The notes beneath the pieces were generated by a model. It was not told where the DNA came from. It worked only from the letters and a program-made list of their open reading frames with translations, and did not search any database. Shown one piece after another: positions 63,150 through 64,000 of a DNA stretch of 64,000 nt. Position 1 is the stretch's first letter, and each line of letters begins with the position of its first letter. This DNA is from Diadema antillarum. Lineage: Eukaryota. The stretch is from NCBI RefSeq assembly GCF_040938485.1, contig NW_027270922.1, forward strand, positions 2,542,001 through 2,606,000, given 5' to 3'. Both the position numbers and the translations under genes were made by a program.

Positions 63150-64000
63150 TCTGCAATTATTTGTAATAATTGCAGAATGTGATTTAACAAAATACATATA
63201 TGAAAATGAGCATCAGATGAAAAAAAAAACACAATTATATCTTTGTAAATGATATATACATCAAGCATATAATACAAGTTAGCTAAGGATGGGGATGGAA
63301 ATGACCCGGGTCCCACTATCAAAGAAGCAAAGCTTGTACGATTTGGGACCCTCAGAAGATACAAAGGACAGCAATATAAAACAAAATAAAAAGAACCAAT
63401 GTCAACTGACATGAAATCAAAATAATTGGGAAGGTAAAAAAGAAAAAAAGCGCGTGCAATCGCGGACGCTGGATTCCATGATGTAAAAGTAATGATAAAA
63501 TACAACCTGGATTGAATATAATGCAACAATGTTTATAATGTAATTATGCCGGTAAGAATGCAGGAGAAGAAGAGAATAGACACATCGGTATATACGGAAC
63601 AATAACAGGAACGTGTAAAGACGACTTGTGTTTGATAAAAAAATCATAATTGTTTGATGTTCAAAGAAATGATGACTTGACTGAGATGGGAAAACGAATC
63701 TAACTCGTTTGGATGTTGTAAGATTTCAATAAAAAACAATTATTTCAATTTATTCTTGAAGGAGTTCAAAGATTGAGCTGTTGTAATATTGTTATGAAGT
63801 GAATTCCAATACTTTGGCCCATGGTAGATGAATGTGTTCTGAGCCAACAAAGTTAATGGCAATTGGAAATCATTCGATCGCCTTGTTGGATAATTGTGAA
63901 TGGATTGATTTCTTTAAAACATTGTTTCAAATATATTTGGGAGATTGTTTTGATCATAATTATACATAAATTGTCCTAAATTAAACATATACAAATCATT
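63150..64000 (-). mobile_element. Decayed LINE of the same family as 50666-52360, running off the window end
   Basis: Hand translation of 64000 to ~63735 gives NDLYMFNLGQFMYNYDQNNLPNIFETMF*RNQSIHNYPTRRSNDFQLPLTLLAQNTFIYHGPKYWNSLHNNITTAQSLNSFKNKLK*. This is colinear with the end of the 50627 ORF but has stops. The 3' boundary is approximate. Confidence 0.85.

Overview
AT-rich, repeat-dense animal genomic DNA. It is most likely an echinoderm such as a sea urchin, inferred from the GPCR family and the repeat types. There are two assembly gaps (8873-9040, 16580-16720). Only two host genes are supported: tandem, minus-strand class A orphan GPCR paralogs with single-exon CDSs (28089-29273, 42048-43220). 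A duplicated 3' flank near the window end hints at a third paralog. The rest is transposon-derived: a young 5'-truncated CR1/L2-group LINE with an open RT frame, a decayed copy of the same family, L2 remnants, a Penelope-like retroelement end, and many non-autonomous DNA transposons and palindromes. The most unusual signals are (1) three hammerhead-ribozyme-like motifs, one in sense orientation in the putative 3' UTR of GPCR-A; (2) a ~300-nt hairpin whose arm differences are strongly biased to G-U wobble on one strand; and (3) uneven synonymous divergence between the two GPCRs, suggesting partial gene conversion. No prokaryotic features or CRISPR arrays were seen. All counts are by hand and no searches were run.
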